This document shows positions 9,185 to 18,315 of a DNA stretch of 34,609 nucleotides, one piece after another. A program made the position numbers and the translations under genes. The notes beneath the pieces are model-generated. The model made no database searches, was not told where the DNA came from, and was given only the letters and a program-made list of their open reading frames with translations. Every line of letters starts with the position of its first letter. Positions within the stretch are counted from its first letter, which is position 1. Source of the stretch: an uncultured Staphylococcaceae bacterium. Its GTDB lineage: Bacteria > Bacillota_I > Bacilli_A > RFN20 > CAG-826. The stretch lies in assembly GCA_964369015.1 (NCBI GenBank), contig CAYJDS010000003.1:1-34609 (forward strand), written 5' to 3'.

Positions 9185-10789
9185 ATGAAAAAACGGCACT
9201 TCTTTGAGACTTTAAGTGTCGTTTTTCTTTTTGTTTTAACGAGCTGTGGTAGCAAAGAGTATCGGCTTAATATTAAGGAAAACTTAACACCAAATATGCA
9301 AAATGATAATTTTTTAAATTTTTACCACGTTTTTGTCGGTTCTTTTAGTGATAGTAATGGTGACGGGGTTGGCGATCTTCAAGGTGTGATTAATCGTCTT
9401 GACTATTTAAATGATGGCGATCATTCTTCAGGCTTAAGCCTAGGCGTTAACGGCCTTTATCTCTCGCCAATTCACCCTTCACCGACCTACCATAAGTATG
9501 ACGTCACAAATTATAAAGAAATTGATCGTACTTTTGGTAATCTTGATACCTTTGATAAATTAATTGTCGCGGCAAGTGAACGCGGAATTAAAGTCATTAT
9601 TGATCTTGTCGTTAATCATACTTCCGAATATCATCCGTGGTTTCGTGCCGCAAAAGATGCGATTTTAGCTAACGATTTAACTAATCCTTACATTGATTAT
9701 TATACAATCGTCGATAAAGATTCGCGCCGCGCGGGCCACATGTATTATCCCATCAATGACCAATACTATTATGAAGGTAATTTTTCTTCTTCGATGCCAG
9801 AAATTAATCCCGACTCACAAGCGGTCAAGGATGAGTGGGCCAGTATTATTGCCTTTTGGCTCGAACGTGGGGTCGCGGGCTTTCGCCTTGACGCCGTAAA
9901 ATATATTGATTTAACCAATCGAACCGCAAGTCTTGCCTTTTGGCACTGGTTTAGTGAAACCGCAAAGGCAATTAAGGAAGACGTTTACATTGTTGGCGAA
10001 GTTTGGTCTTCACAAAGTGAAATTGCCCCTTATTACGAATATTTTTCAAACTTTGATTTCTCAATGGCTAACGGAGACGGCATGGTTGCAAATGTCTTTC
10101 AAGGTTATCATACAATTGATCAGTATTTTAACTATTTAGTCAGTAATCGGCGGCAAATGACGGCTATAAACGCTGATGCCATTATGGCTCCATTCCTCGC
10201 AAATCATGATATGGACCGAGCGGCTGGTTACTTAAATGTTGGCGAATATAAAATGCATATGGCCGCAAGTTTATACCAATTTAGTTATGGTAGTAGCTTT
10301 ATCTATTACGGTGAAGAAATTGGAATGAAAGGCAGTCGTGGGGCCGCTAAGGGGGATGAAAATCGCCGCCTGGCAATGCGGTGGGGTGATAAAGACACAA
10401 TTAAAGATCCCAATGGCACAACTTATAATTCCGCCCTGCAAACAAAGAGCACCGTTAAAAGCGAAAAGAAAGACCAAAACAGTCTTTATAACCATTATAA
10501 AAAAATTATTGCTATTAAAAATGCTTATCCCGCGATTGCGCGTGGTACTTATAGTCCGGTTTCTTTTGCTAATGATCTTGTTGGAGGAATGATTTACCGT
10601 TACGATAACGCCGAAGATATTATGATTATTCATAACATTGGCGAAGAGCCCTTCACCTATTCTTTAAGTGCAAATAATGTTTTTAATGAATTTACAACCA
10701 TTGTCACAACTCTAGGCAAAGGCAGCGCTAAAATTGACGCCAATACCTTGATGATTGAGGGATTAACAACACTTGTTTTAAAGGCTTAA
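9185..10789 (+). CDS. Lipoprotein GH13 alpha-amylase (GH13_36-like)
   Basis: Lipobox LTS-C; SFSDSNGDGVGDL, YHKYD, DLVVNH, MPEIN, GFRLDAVK, VGEVW, FLANHD, IYYGEEIGM. Confidence 0.88.
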   Translation: MKKRHFFETLSVVFLFVLTSCGSKEYRLNIKENLTPNMQNDNFLNFYHVFVGSFSDSNGDGVGDLQGVINRLDYLNDGDHSSGLSLGVNGLYLSPIHPSPTYHKYDVTNYKEIDRTFGNLDTFDKLIVAASERGIKVIIDLVVNHTSEYHPWFRAAKDAILANDLTNPYIDYYTIVDKDSRRAGHMYYPINDQYYYEGNFSSSMPEINPDSQAVKDEWASIIAFWLERGVAGFRLDAVKYIDLTNRTASLAFWHWFSETAKAIKEDVYIVGEVWSSQSEIAPYYEYFSNFDFSMANGDGMVANVFQGYHTIDQYFNYLVSNRRQMTAINADAIMAPFLANHDMDRAAGYLNVGEYKMHMAASLYQFSYGSSFIYYGEEIGMKGSRGAAKGDENRRLAMRWGDKDTIKDPNGTTYNSALQTKSTVKSEKKDQNSLYNHYKKIIAIKNAYPAIARGTYSPVSFANDLVGGMIYRYDNAEDIMIIHNIGEEPFTYSLSANNVFNEFTTIVTTLGKGSAKIDANTLMIEGLTTLVLKA

Positions 10790-11005
10790 TTAAGATGTTA
10801 TTTTTTACAACTTTTTTAGCGGCCTTTTTTGTGATGTTCACACCCTCTTCTCTCATTGAGTAATTTAAGATAAAAGACGAAACTTAAGTTCTAATAAAAA
10901 ATAGTGATATTTCAGCTTTTGAAAATTATAATTCGAAAAAAATCATGCCGAAGTAAAAAAATAGTAAAAAATTCACTAAAAAAGCGGATTTATATCATTA
11001 ATTGT

Positions 11006-11033
11006 TTGACATAATTGTTGAATAGACTAAAAT
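11006..11033 (+). promoter_or_regulatory. Sigma-70/A promoter
   Basis: TTGACA-16 nt-TAAAAT upstream of SD AAAGGAG and ATG 11070. Confidence 0.6.
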
Positions 11034-11069
11034 GTATTTATGAAAAAAGATCAAAAAGGAGAAAAATAA

Positions 11070-11666
11070 ATGAAAAAATCTTTTATCGGACTATTTTTAG
11101 CTTCCCTTTTACTAGTGGGTTGCGGTGGCAAAACCGTCTTAGTAGACGAAGCAAGTGACTATTATGTTACCGGATCCTTTGCTGGATGGGGCGACGCGAC
11201 TAAACCTGCAAACGAAGGTAAATACCTTTTAACCGCCGTTGCGGTTAATGATGCACGGGTTAAACCACTTAAGAAATTAGTTAAGAAAGCAACTCTGCTT
11301 TATGTTTATGAAAATCTTGAATTAAAAGCTGACCAAGAATGGACTAATGAAGCCAGAATTAATGAAGGTGACGCAGAAACCGTCGTCGTTAATGGTGGTA
11401 CAAGCATTAAAGTTCTTCAAACTGGAAAAGGCGAAGAAGCACCAGTCTTTTGGGCACAAAACAAAGAATCTGGTCCAGTTCAAAATTTAACACCAGAAAC
11501 ATTATACCTTGCTCCTTACCAAGAAGGTGAAAAATGGGACAAGAGCGGTGACTGGGCATCCAATCCGTTTGCTTTAGAAGCCGGCAATTATACTGTTGTC
11601 TGGGCTAAACTTCCAGGTGCTGAAGTCGCGACATGGGCGATGGGTCTTATCAAATTAGCCGCCTAA
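11070..11666 (+). CDS. Monocistronic lipoprotein, putative carbohydrate-binding
   Basis: Lipobox LVG-C; YYVTGSFAGW (resembles CBM48/SusE-like start motifs), EAGNYTVVW; Trp-rich; own promoter, SD and terminator. Confidence 0.7.
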   Translation: MKKSFIGLFLASLLLVGCGGKTVLVDEASDYYVTGSFAGWGDATKPANEGKYLLTAVAVNDARVKPLKKLVKKATLLYVYENLELKADQEWTNEARINEGDAETVVVNGGTSIKVLQTGKGEEAPVFWAQNKESGPVQNLTPETLYLAPYQEGEKWDKSGDWASNPFALEAGNYTVVWAKLPGAEVATWAMGLIKLAA

Positions 11667-11695
11667 TTTAATAATCATTTTAAATTAATAAACTA

Positions 11696-11720
11696 GAGAG
11701 CCGTGAAAACGGCTCTTTTC
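11696..11720 (+). terminator. Intrinsic terminator
   Basis: GAGAGCCGT-GAAA-ACGGCTCTT followed by TTC. Confidence 0.8.
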
Positions 11721-11819
11721 ATTTGACAACAAAAAAAACGAATCACTTCTCTTTGATAAATCTACTCCCAAATAGCGCAAACTTGCACTTCTTTGTAACC
11801 AATCTAACAACTTCTAATG

Positions 11820-11828
11820 TGATATAAT
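11820..11828 (+). promoter_or_regulatory. Extended -10 promoter element of the second pullulanase
   Basis: TGATATAAT (TGnTATAAT) about 70 nt before ATG 11901; SD GAGGT. Confidence 0.5.
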
Positions 11829-11900
11829 AAATTATTAGAAATTTAGAAAAAAGCATAGAAACGATTATCGTTATGAAGCGTTTCTGACTGTGAGGTAACA

Positions 11901-14900
11901 ATGAAAGCTTTCAATAAATTCAAAACATTTATTCTAATGATGTTTTTAGCCACTACTCTTTATCCAGTGCTTGAAGAAGCCCCAGCGCCAGTTCAAGCCG
12001 TGGACACCAAAGCGATTTATTTAAAAACAAATGAAAACTGGCGTAAAGATGGCGCTAAATTTGCGGCCTATGTTTGGGCTGCGCCAGACATTTCCCCTAA
12101 ATGGTTTCCGATGACACCATTAACTGATGCGGAAGACGAAGAATTCTTCAGCGTCAACATTCCAGTGACGCCTTACGACTCAATTATTTTTGCAAGAATG
12201 GGCGCCGGTGCTCTTTCTTCAACTTACACTTGGGATGACAGGTGGAATCAATCAACCAATTTAGTGCTTGACTTTGCAAGCGAAAACAATTTATATGTTA
12301 TAAATGAGGGAAGCTGGGGAAAAGATAAAGAAAATAATAATGATGGAGAAGTAATTGGTTATTGGTCAGAGTATTTACCAAATATAATTGATCCAGATCC
12401 AGACCCGGATCCTAATGTTGACCCTGGAGCACCAGTAATTGAACCAGCAGTTTTTACAATTCATTATTATCGTAATGATAGTCGGGCTTCGCTTTATGAC
12501 TTATGGCTTTGGGGCGAAGGAGAAAGTGGAAAAGGCTATCCGTTTAGTGGCAAAAAAACAATTGGCAAAAACGAATGGCGCACACTTGAAGTTGCTTCAA
12601 CCTTCTTTGAACAAAAACAATACCTAAACCTAATTATCCGTCGTATGGAAAGTGGAGCTTGGGCCGAACAAACCCCCGACATTAAAATTAAAGTTAGTGA
12701 CTTTCCGCGTTACTCATCTGGTGAAACATTCCGTCGTGACTTCTTCTTAGTCGATATGGAAACAGTGGTTTATAAAACGGCCGATGAAGCACTTGGGCCA
12801 AAAATTCTCGATGCTCGCTTTATCATTGAAAGCGGTCAAACGCCAACGAGCATTCAAGTTAAAACTTATTTTGAACCCGATCAGTATACGTTTTTAATTG
12901 ATAAGAGCGTGGAAAAAAGTGGCAAAGCTTCGGCCACTAAAGACGGGGACTTCTATACTTTTAAGATTAACATTACCTCACTTAGTATTGATGTCCGCAA
13001 AGAATATATTGTCCGTTCAACCTTTATTGATACGACTGAGTACAGTAATGTGACAAGAGAACGATCAGTCTCATTTGACGCAATCTTTAATTCAAGTTAC
13101 TTTGAAAATAATTTTACTTATGACGGTGATGATTTAGGGGTAACTTACACTCCAACTGCGACGACCTTCAAAGTGTGGGCACCAATAAGTCAGTCAATAA
13201 AAGTAAATATCTATGAATACGGCACTCCGAAAAGCGTTGATAGCAATTATGGTTATGATGTAATTTATGAAACCATTGAACTTGAATACGCTGAGAAAGG
13301 CGTCTGGAGCAAAACTGTCAGCGGTGATTATCATGGTAAATATTACACACTAGTGGCCAATAACGCCGGTAACGTTGAAGAATTTACTGATCCATATGCA
13401 AAAGCGGCCGGGATTAATGGTGTGCGCGGGATGATTGTTGATTTTAGTAAAACAAATCCGACCGGTTGGGAAAATGTCACCCTTTCAGAGAAAGCACCAA
13501 CTGAAATAGTTCCTTATGAACTCCACGTTAGTGACTTAACTGCCGATGCCTCATGGAACGGAAGCGCCAAACGTCGGCGAAAGTTCCTCGGCCTCATTCA
13601 AGAAGGAACAATGTATAAAGATGAAAAAACTGGTCAGGCTGTAAAAACTGGATTCGATCATATTCTTGAACTTGGTGTTAACGCGGTCCAAATTTTACCA
13701 TTTTACGATCAAGCAAACGACGAAACAAAAGGAACATTTAACTGGGGATACAATCCACAAAATTATAATGTCTTAGAAGGAATGTATAGTAGTAATCCCC
13801 ATAACGGCATTGCCCGAATTTACGAATTTAAACAAGTAGTCCAAGCCTTTGCTGCTCATGACATTCGCATTATTATGGACGTCGTTTATAATCACGTCTC
13901 AAGTATTTCCCAACATAGCTTTACTAAACTCGTCCCCGGCTATTATTTCAGATATTACGAAAATGGGGCGCCAAATAATTCAAGCGGTGTTGGTAATGTC
14001 ACTGCGAGTGAACGAATTATGATGGAAAACTTCATGCGCGACTCCACTGCCTTCTGGGCCGAAGAATATAAACTTGGTGGCTTCCGCTTTGACCTAATGG
14101 GCCTCCATACCGTCAAAGCGATGAATACCCTCGCAGCAAAGCTAAAAACCATCCGTAACGACATGGTCATCTACGGCGAACCATGGGCAATGCACGACTA
14201 TACTGGCCTGCCTGATGTTGGTGACTTAGCAACCCAAGATAACATTTATAAAATGGAGCATGTTGGCGCCTTTAATGATCAAGGACGTGATGCAATTAAA
14301 GGTAGTTCCTGGGATAATGATGCACGTACTGGTTGGGTCCAAGAAAGTGGCAAAGAGATTGATAAAATTATTGAAGGCACAAGGGGGAAAATAACCGGCG
14401 GAACAAATAATCCTTCGCAAGTTGTTAACTATATTTCAGTCCACGATAACTATACAATTTACGATCATTTACAAGTTGCAAACAAGAACCATAAAGATTC
14501 GTCTATTCCACTTGCGCAAATTAAAAAACAAGCCCTTCAAGCCGAAGCAATCTCCCTTCTTAGTCAAGGGATCGGCTTTATTCACGCCGGAAGCGAAATA
14601 CTGCGCACTAAACGGTTTCCTGGATCTGATTCTTTTGACCACAATTCCTACGCAACAAGCCACGCGATAAATGCAATTAAATGGAGTGAAAAATGGGACA
14701 ATCTTGACTTCTATAATAACTACCGGCAAATGATAGCTCTAAAACGTCATGCGACCGCTTTTAATTACGACACTCGAACATTGGTTGATAACAAAACCAC
14801 GGCTGATAGATACAATGAGCAAAATAATATTATTAAAATTACTTATCGCGATGACAACGATAATTACGAGATTTACCATTATGGCGCTGGTAGTGGTAAT

Positions 14901-15314
14901 ACAACAATTAATGGTGTCAGTAATATGGAAGTCGTCCTTGATACATCAGGTGCACGTACTTTAGGTACTAAAATAAATACTTCATTTACCTTGGCACCTA
15001 ATACAAGTCTTGTCCTCCGTAATGTCCGCAATCGTAGTGGCAATGATCCGACGATTGTTAACCGCGTCAGTCCCCAAGCCTTCGTTGCGCCAACTACTCC
15101 CGAAGACATTGATTGGGAAACTCCACTGCCCCCAGGCGCAGTAGCACCTATTCCTCCGACTGACCCGGAACCAGATCCTAATGAAAACGCAAATAATACT
15201 TTAAAAATCGTCCTTATTGCTTCTGGATCTGCCTTTGCAGCAGCGGGAATTGGTCTTGGAACCTTCTTCATTATTCGTAAAAAACGAGCCGCCAAGAAAG
15301 TTTTAAGCGATTAG
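11901..15314 (+). CDS. pulA: Second type I pullulanase (GH13): CBM26-like, CBM41-like and CBM48 domains, Pro-rich stalk, C-terminal membrane anchor
   Basis: Signal peptide; IYLK..NW..AAYVW..IIFAR..WNQS.NL (CBM26-like); DPDPDPDP linker; TIHYYRND..DLWLW; FNWGYNP, FRFDLMG, YGEPW, SVHDN; TM helix and RKKR tail. Confidence 0.92.
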   Translation: MKAFNKFKTFILMMFLATTLYPVLEEAPAPVQAVDTKAIYLKTNENWRKDGAKFAAYVWAAPDISPKWFPMTPLTDAEDEEFFSVNIPVTPYDSIIFARMGAGALSSTYTWDDRWNQSTNLVLDFASENNLYVINEGSWGKDKENNNDGEVIGYWSEYLPNIIDPDPDPDPNVDPGAPVIEPAVFTIHYYRNDSRASLYDLWLWGEGESGKGYPFSGKKTIGKNEWRTLEVASTFFEQKQYLNLIIRRMESGAWAEQTPDIKIKVSDFPRYSSGETFRRDFFLVDMETVVYKTADEALGPKILDARFIIESGQTPTSIQVKTYFEPDQYTFLIDKSVEKSGKASATKDGDFYTFKINITSLSIDVRKEYIVRSTFIDTTEYSNVTRERSVSFDAIFNSSYFENNFTYDGDDLGVTYTPTATTFKVWAPISQSIKVNIYEYGTPKSVDSNYGYDVIYETIELEYAEKGVWSKTVSGDYHGKYYTLVANNAGNVEEFTDPYAKAAGINGVRGMIVDFSKTNPTGWENVTLSEKAPTEIVPYELHVSDLTADASWNGSAKRRRKFLGLIQEGTMYKDEKTGQAVKTGFDHILELGVNAVQILPFYDQANDETKGTFNWGYNPQNYNVLEGMYSSNPHNGIARIYEFKQVVQAFAAHDIRIIMDVVYNHVSSISQHSFTKLVPGYYFRYYENGAPNNSSGVGNVTASERIMMENFMRDSTAFWAEEYKLGGFRFDLMGLHTVKAMNTLAAKLKTIRNDMVIYGEPWAMHDYTGLPDVGDLATQDNIYKMEHVGAFNDQGRDAIKGSSWDNDARTGWVQESGKEIDKIIEGTRGKITGGTNNPSQVVNYISVHDNYTIYDHLQVANKNHKDSSIPLAQIKKQALQAEAISLLSQGIGFIHAGSEILRTKRFPGSDSFDHNSYATSHAINAIKWSEKWDNLDFYNNYRQMIALKRHATAFNYDTRTLVDNKTTADRYNEQNNIIKITYRDDNDNYEIYHYGAGSGNTTINGVSNMEVVLDTSGARTLGTKINTSFTLAPNTSLVLRNVRNRSGNDPTIVNRVSPQAFVAPTTPEDIDWETPLPPGAVAPIPPTDPEPDPNENANNTLKIVLIASGSAFAAAGIGLGTFFIIRKKRAAKKVLSD
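12390..12413 (+). repeat. 4x 6-bp Asp-Pro linker repeat
   Basis: GATCCA GATCCA GACCCG GATCCT encoding DPDPDPDP between two putative CBMs. Confidence 0.7.
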
Positions 15315-15465
15315 ATATCTTAATTTATTAATAATTGACTTCTAATATTTGACCATTTAGTAATGGACATTCCTAAAACACTTATCTTTACAAAAAACGA
15401 AGATTATTCGGCAAATCAGCCATATTTTGCTTTATTGTCGTCTTAATTAATCCTCGTTATTTCAT

Positions 15466-15497
15466 AAAAACTTCCATTTTAAGCATAGAGGTTTTTT
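15466..15497. terminator. Possible weak bidirectional terminator between the convergent pullulanase and amylase genes
   Basis: AAAAACTTC-13 nt-GAGGTTTTTT imperfect hairpin. Confidence 0.3.
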
Positions 15498-15525
15498 GAT
15501 AATCAAAAAGAACATTTATTTTTAG

Positions 15526-18138
15526 TTAAACTTTAACAACTAAAATACTCCATGGTTCAAATTTTGCTTTCGTTCCATTTTCTAAACTAAGCACCACTGT
15601 TCCTGGGAGATTTAGATTTTCGTTTGGATGTTTACTAAAGTTAATGTAGATTTCATACTTTTCAGTGCCTAATGTTCTGCTAAAGGCAAAGATTCGATCT
15701 AAACTATGATAACGGGTCATATCAATCGGCGCAAAATCGCCACTTTTAAGGGCAGGGATTGAAGACTTTAAAGCCGTTATTTCTTTTACTTTAGAAAGTA
15801 GGGAAGTATTACTTGTCGCTTGTTCACTTGCACCAAGTAAACTTTCGTTATAAGAGTCCCAACTAACATCATAAGTTTGTCCACCAGAAAATGAATAAGC
15901 TGTCGTGCGGGCGTCATTACCATCTTTATCCCACTTCATTGGTTGGCGATAGATGCGATCAATATTTGGGGTATCGTCAGTACTGCCACTTGGCATATTA
16001 CTAGTAAGTCCAAGTTCATCACCATAATATATCCACGAAATGCCAGGTAAAAGTAAACTAGCGGCCATATAAGCAAGAACTTGTTTTTCAGCGAGTGTTT
16101 TATTACCACTGCTAATATTGCCGCCATTTGCTTCATTAATTGCGCGATTTATGTCATGATTTGAAGTAAAGTTATTATCAATTGCTTCGCCCTTTGTTTT
16201 AGTACCGCCAGAACGATAACGATTGTAAGCTTTAAAGGTATCATTATAGTTCCAGGCGCCGCCATAAGCTAGTCCTACTTCACTAAAAGTGTCGCCACTC
16301 AAAACTCTTGCGCCACTTAATTTTGTCCCAGTCATCGGCGTATCGGTGCTTTGTCCTAATCTAGTTGCCTCGGTTAAGTTGTAATACATATAAAAATTAA
16401 GCATTCCATCGAGCCCTTCGTAATAGGGGGCAACATTATAGGCATGCCCGTCAAAGTTTTCACCAACGATAAAGACATTGGGATTTTTTTCCTTTAACTT
16501 TTGATTAAGTTCTTTAAAGAAATGAAGGTTTTTGGTTAAGTTGGAATCGTAAGCACTATTGCCTTTATCAACGATTATTTTATCGCTAACAGCAGGAGTA
16601 ACTTCTTCTTTCATATAAACGTGTTTTACGGCGTCAATCCGGAAACCGTCAACTCCTAACTCTACCCAATGACTCATAATTTCAACAATCTTATCACGCG
16701 TTTTTTGGTAATCAAAATTAAATTCCGGCATAGAACTTGCAAACTTGCCATAATAATAATAGTTGTAATTTGAATATTGATACCAATTTTTATTTTCCTT
16801 AGTGTTCCGCCAGTGATAATAGGCACGGAATTCAGGATCAAGACTAAGCGATTGTTGGAAGAGCAAGTTGTTAATTGAGGTATGATTTAAGACAAGATCC
16901 ATTACAACACTAATTCCGTTTTCCTCGGCAGCGGTTAAAAGCTGAATATAATCCTTATTCGCGCTTTCTTGAGTTATTACTCCATCAGGAGCATTCGGAC
17001 TATTTTTTGATCCAAATTTAGGATCAATATTTAAATAATCAATCGTATCGTAGCCGTGATATGAATCACTTAGTTGTACCGGCGTCAACCACAGCACTTC
17101 AATATTTAAGCTTTTTAAATAGGGCAAACTATTAAAAATCCCGCGAATATCGCCCATCCCGTCGCCATCAGAGTCGGCAAAGCTTGCGACCATTATTTGG
17201 TAACCCACGCCTTTATTTTTAAACTCAGGTGAAGTTGCACTGATTGGCGCTTGAGGGCCACTTGAATTAACGGTGCTGTATTTACTCGAAACATTTGTCC
17301 CATCATCATTTTCGTAGGGATTATTGTATTCAGCACCAGTGTAATTATAAGTAAAGTTTAGCGTGTTTTCTTGGACCGCAAAAACGTGTAACGAATTATT
17401 TAAACTATATTTCATTGCTTCTTCAGTAACTATAAATTTATCGCCGCCGTCACTTGTCCAGTGGTCGCCACTACTGCGACTTTCTTTGTAGGTGATCAGA
17501 AAACCAATCCGGGCAGCAATAACGTCACCATCGCTAAAATTGACTGCTTGAGCGGTTTTATTACCCTTTCCGTCGTGTCCACCGTCGTTATAAGTAGACT
17601 TTAAGTCAACTTCAATCATCGCTCCACCGTATATATCCGTATATATTTTGCCGCTATCTTGCACAAAATCAAAAATACGGCCAGTCTTTTTTTCGGGCCA
17701 TACCCAAATATCCCATTTGGCGTATTCGTTAACGGAATTATCAAATCTTAAATAATGAATATAGAGGTGATTTGGTTTACTACGTAAGGCAAGATCCGCG
17801 TTATAGGCGGCAATTTCTTCACTTGAAAGAGCTGCCCACTTCGCATATAAAACAACATCTCGTTCAGGCATTAGGCTAAAAACAAACGGTACAAGCCATG
17901 TTCCTTTATCTTCAAACCAATCAACAAAACTATAACCTTGACGAAGCGGATTAGTGGGTTTACTAATAACTTCATTAGCGGCAGCACTAATTTGATTAAT
18001 ACTTGTGCCGCCTTCACTATAAAACGTAATTGTGTATTTGTTTGAACTCGATGATTCACTTGAAGAACCATTTGTCTTACAACTTGTAATTATTAATATG
18101 CTTATTAGACTAAAAAGTATGATTTTTGCTTTTTTCAT
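15526..18138 (-). CDS. Multidomain lipoprotein GH13 alpha-amylase (InlB B-repeat, CBM41-like, GH13_36-like catalytic domain)
   Basis: Start moved to ATG 18138 (MKKAK) because AAAGGA lies 6 nt upstream; lipobox ITS-C; Ser-rich linker; YTITFY..KP.NP.R.GY.F.DW..LYAKW; LYIHYLR..WDIWVW; SFADSDGDG.GD, SYHGYD, DLVLNH, GFRIDAVKH, VGENF, SNHD. Confidence 0.88.
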   Translation of the reverse strand: MKKAKIILFSLISILIITSCKTNGSSSESSSSNKYTITFYSEGGTSINQISAAANEVISKPTNPLRQGYSFVDWFEDKGTWLVPFVFSLMPERDVVLYAKWAALSSEEIAAYNADLALRSKPNHLYIHYLRFDNSVNEYAKWDIWVWPEKKTGRIFDFVQDSGKIYTDIYGGAMIEVDLKSTYNDGGHDGKGNKTAQAVNFSDGDVIAARIGFLITYKESRSSGDHWTSDGGDKFIVTEEAMKYSLNNSLHVFAVQENTLNFTYNYTGAEYNNPYENDDGTNVSSKYSTVNSSGPQAPISATSPEFKNKGVGYQIMVASFADSDGDGMGDIRGIFNSLPYLKSLNIEVLWLTPVQLSDSYHGYDTIDYLNIDPKFGSKNSPNAPDGVITQESANKDYIQLLTAAEENGISVVMDLVLNHTSINNLLFQQSLSLDPEFRAYYHWRNTKENKNWYQYSNYNYYYYGKFASSMPEFNFDYQKTRDKIVEIMSHWVELGVDGFRIDAVKHVYMKEEVTPAVSDKIIVDKGNSAYDSNLTKNLHFFKELNQKLKEKNPNVFIVGENFDGHAYNVAPYYEGLDGMLNFYMYYNLTEATRLGQSTDTPMTGTKLSGARVLSGDTFSEVGLAYGGAWNYNDTFKAYNRYRSGGTKTKGEAIDNNFTSNHDINRAINEANGGNISSGNKTLAEKQVLAYMAASLLLPGISWIYYGDELGLTSNMPSGSTDDTPNIDRIYRQPMKWDKDGNDARTTAYSFSGGQTYDVSWDSYNESLLGASEQATSNTSLLSKVKEITALKSSIPALKSGDFAPIDMTRYHSLDRIFAFSRTLGTEKYEIYINFSKHPNENLNLPGTVVLSLENGTKAKFEPWSILVVKV

Positions 18139-18289
18139 CTTAAGTCCTTTCATTCGTGAAAAGTTTTATTCTTCTTTATTTTAACAATATGAACGTTTAA
18201 TAACAAATTAATAATCTATAATTCATTCAAAACAATCAAAAATCTAAGCTAATCCATTCCTCCTTGATTGTTAAAATTAGCTGTTCTGA

Positions 18290-18298
18290 TGATATAAT
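18290..18298 (+). promoter_or_regulatory. Extended -10 promoter element of the HAD gene
   Basis: TGATATAAT 17 nt before ATG 18316; SD AGGA. Confidence 0.5.
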
Positions 18299-18315
18299 AA
18301 AGCTCAGGAATAGAC

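Noticed and set aside
10830-10842. TGTGA-TGT-TCACA as a CRP/Rex site
   Set aside because: The 3-nt spacer fits neither consensus and the site is far from the identified promoter
15100-15314. LPPGA in the second pullulanase as a sortase signal
   Set aside because: It is not LPXTG, sits within a Pro-rich stalk far from the TM helix, and the paralogue has no equivalent
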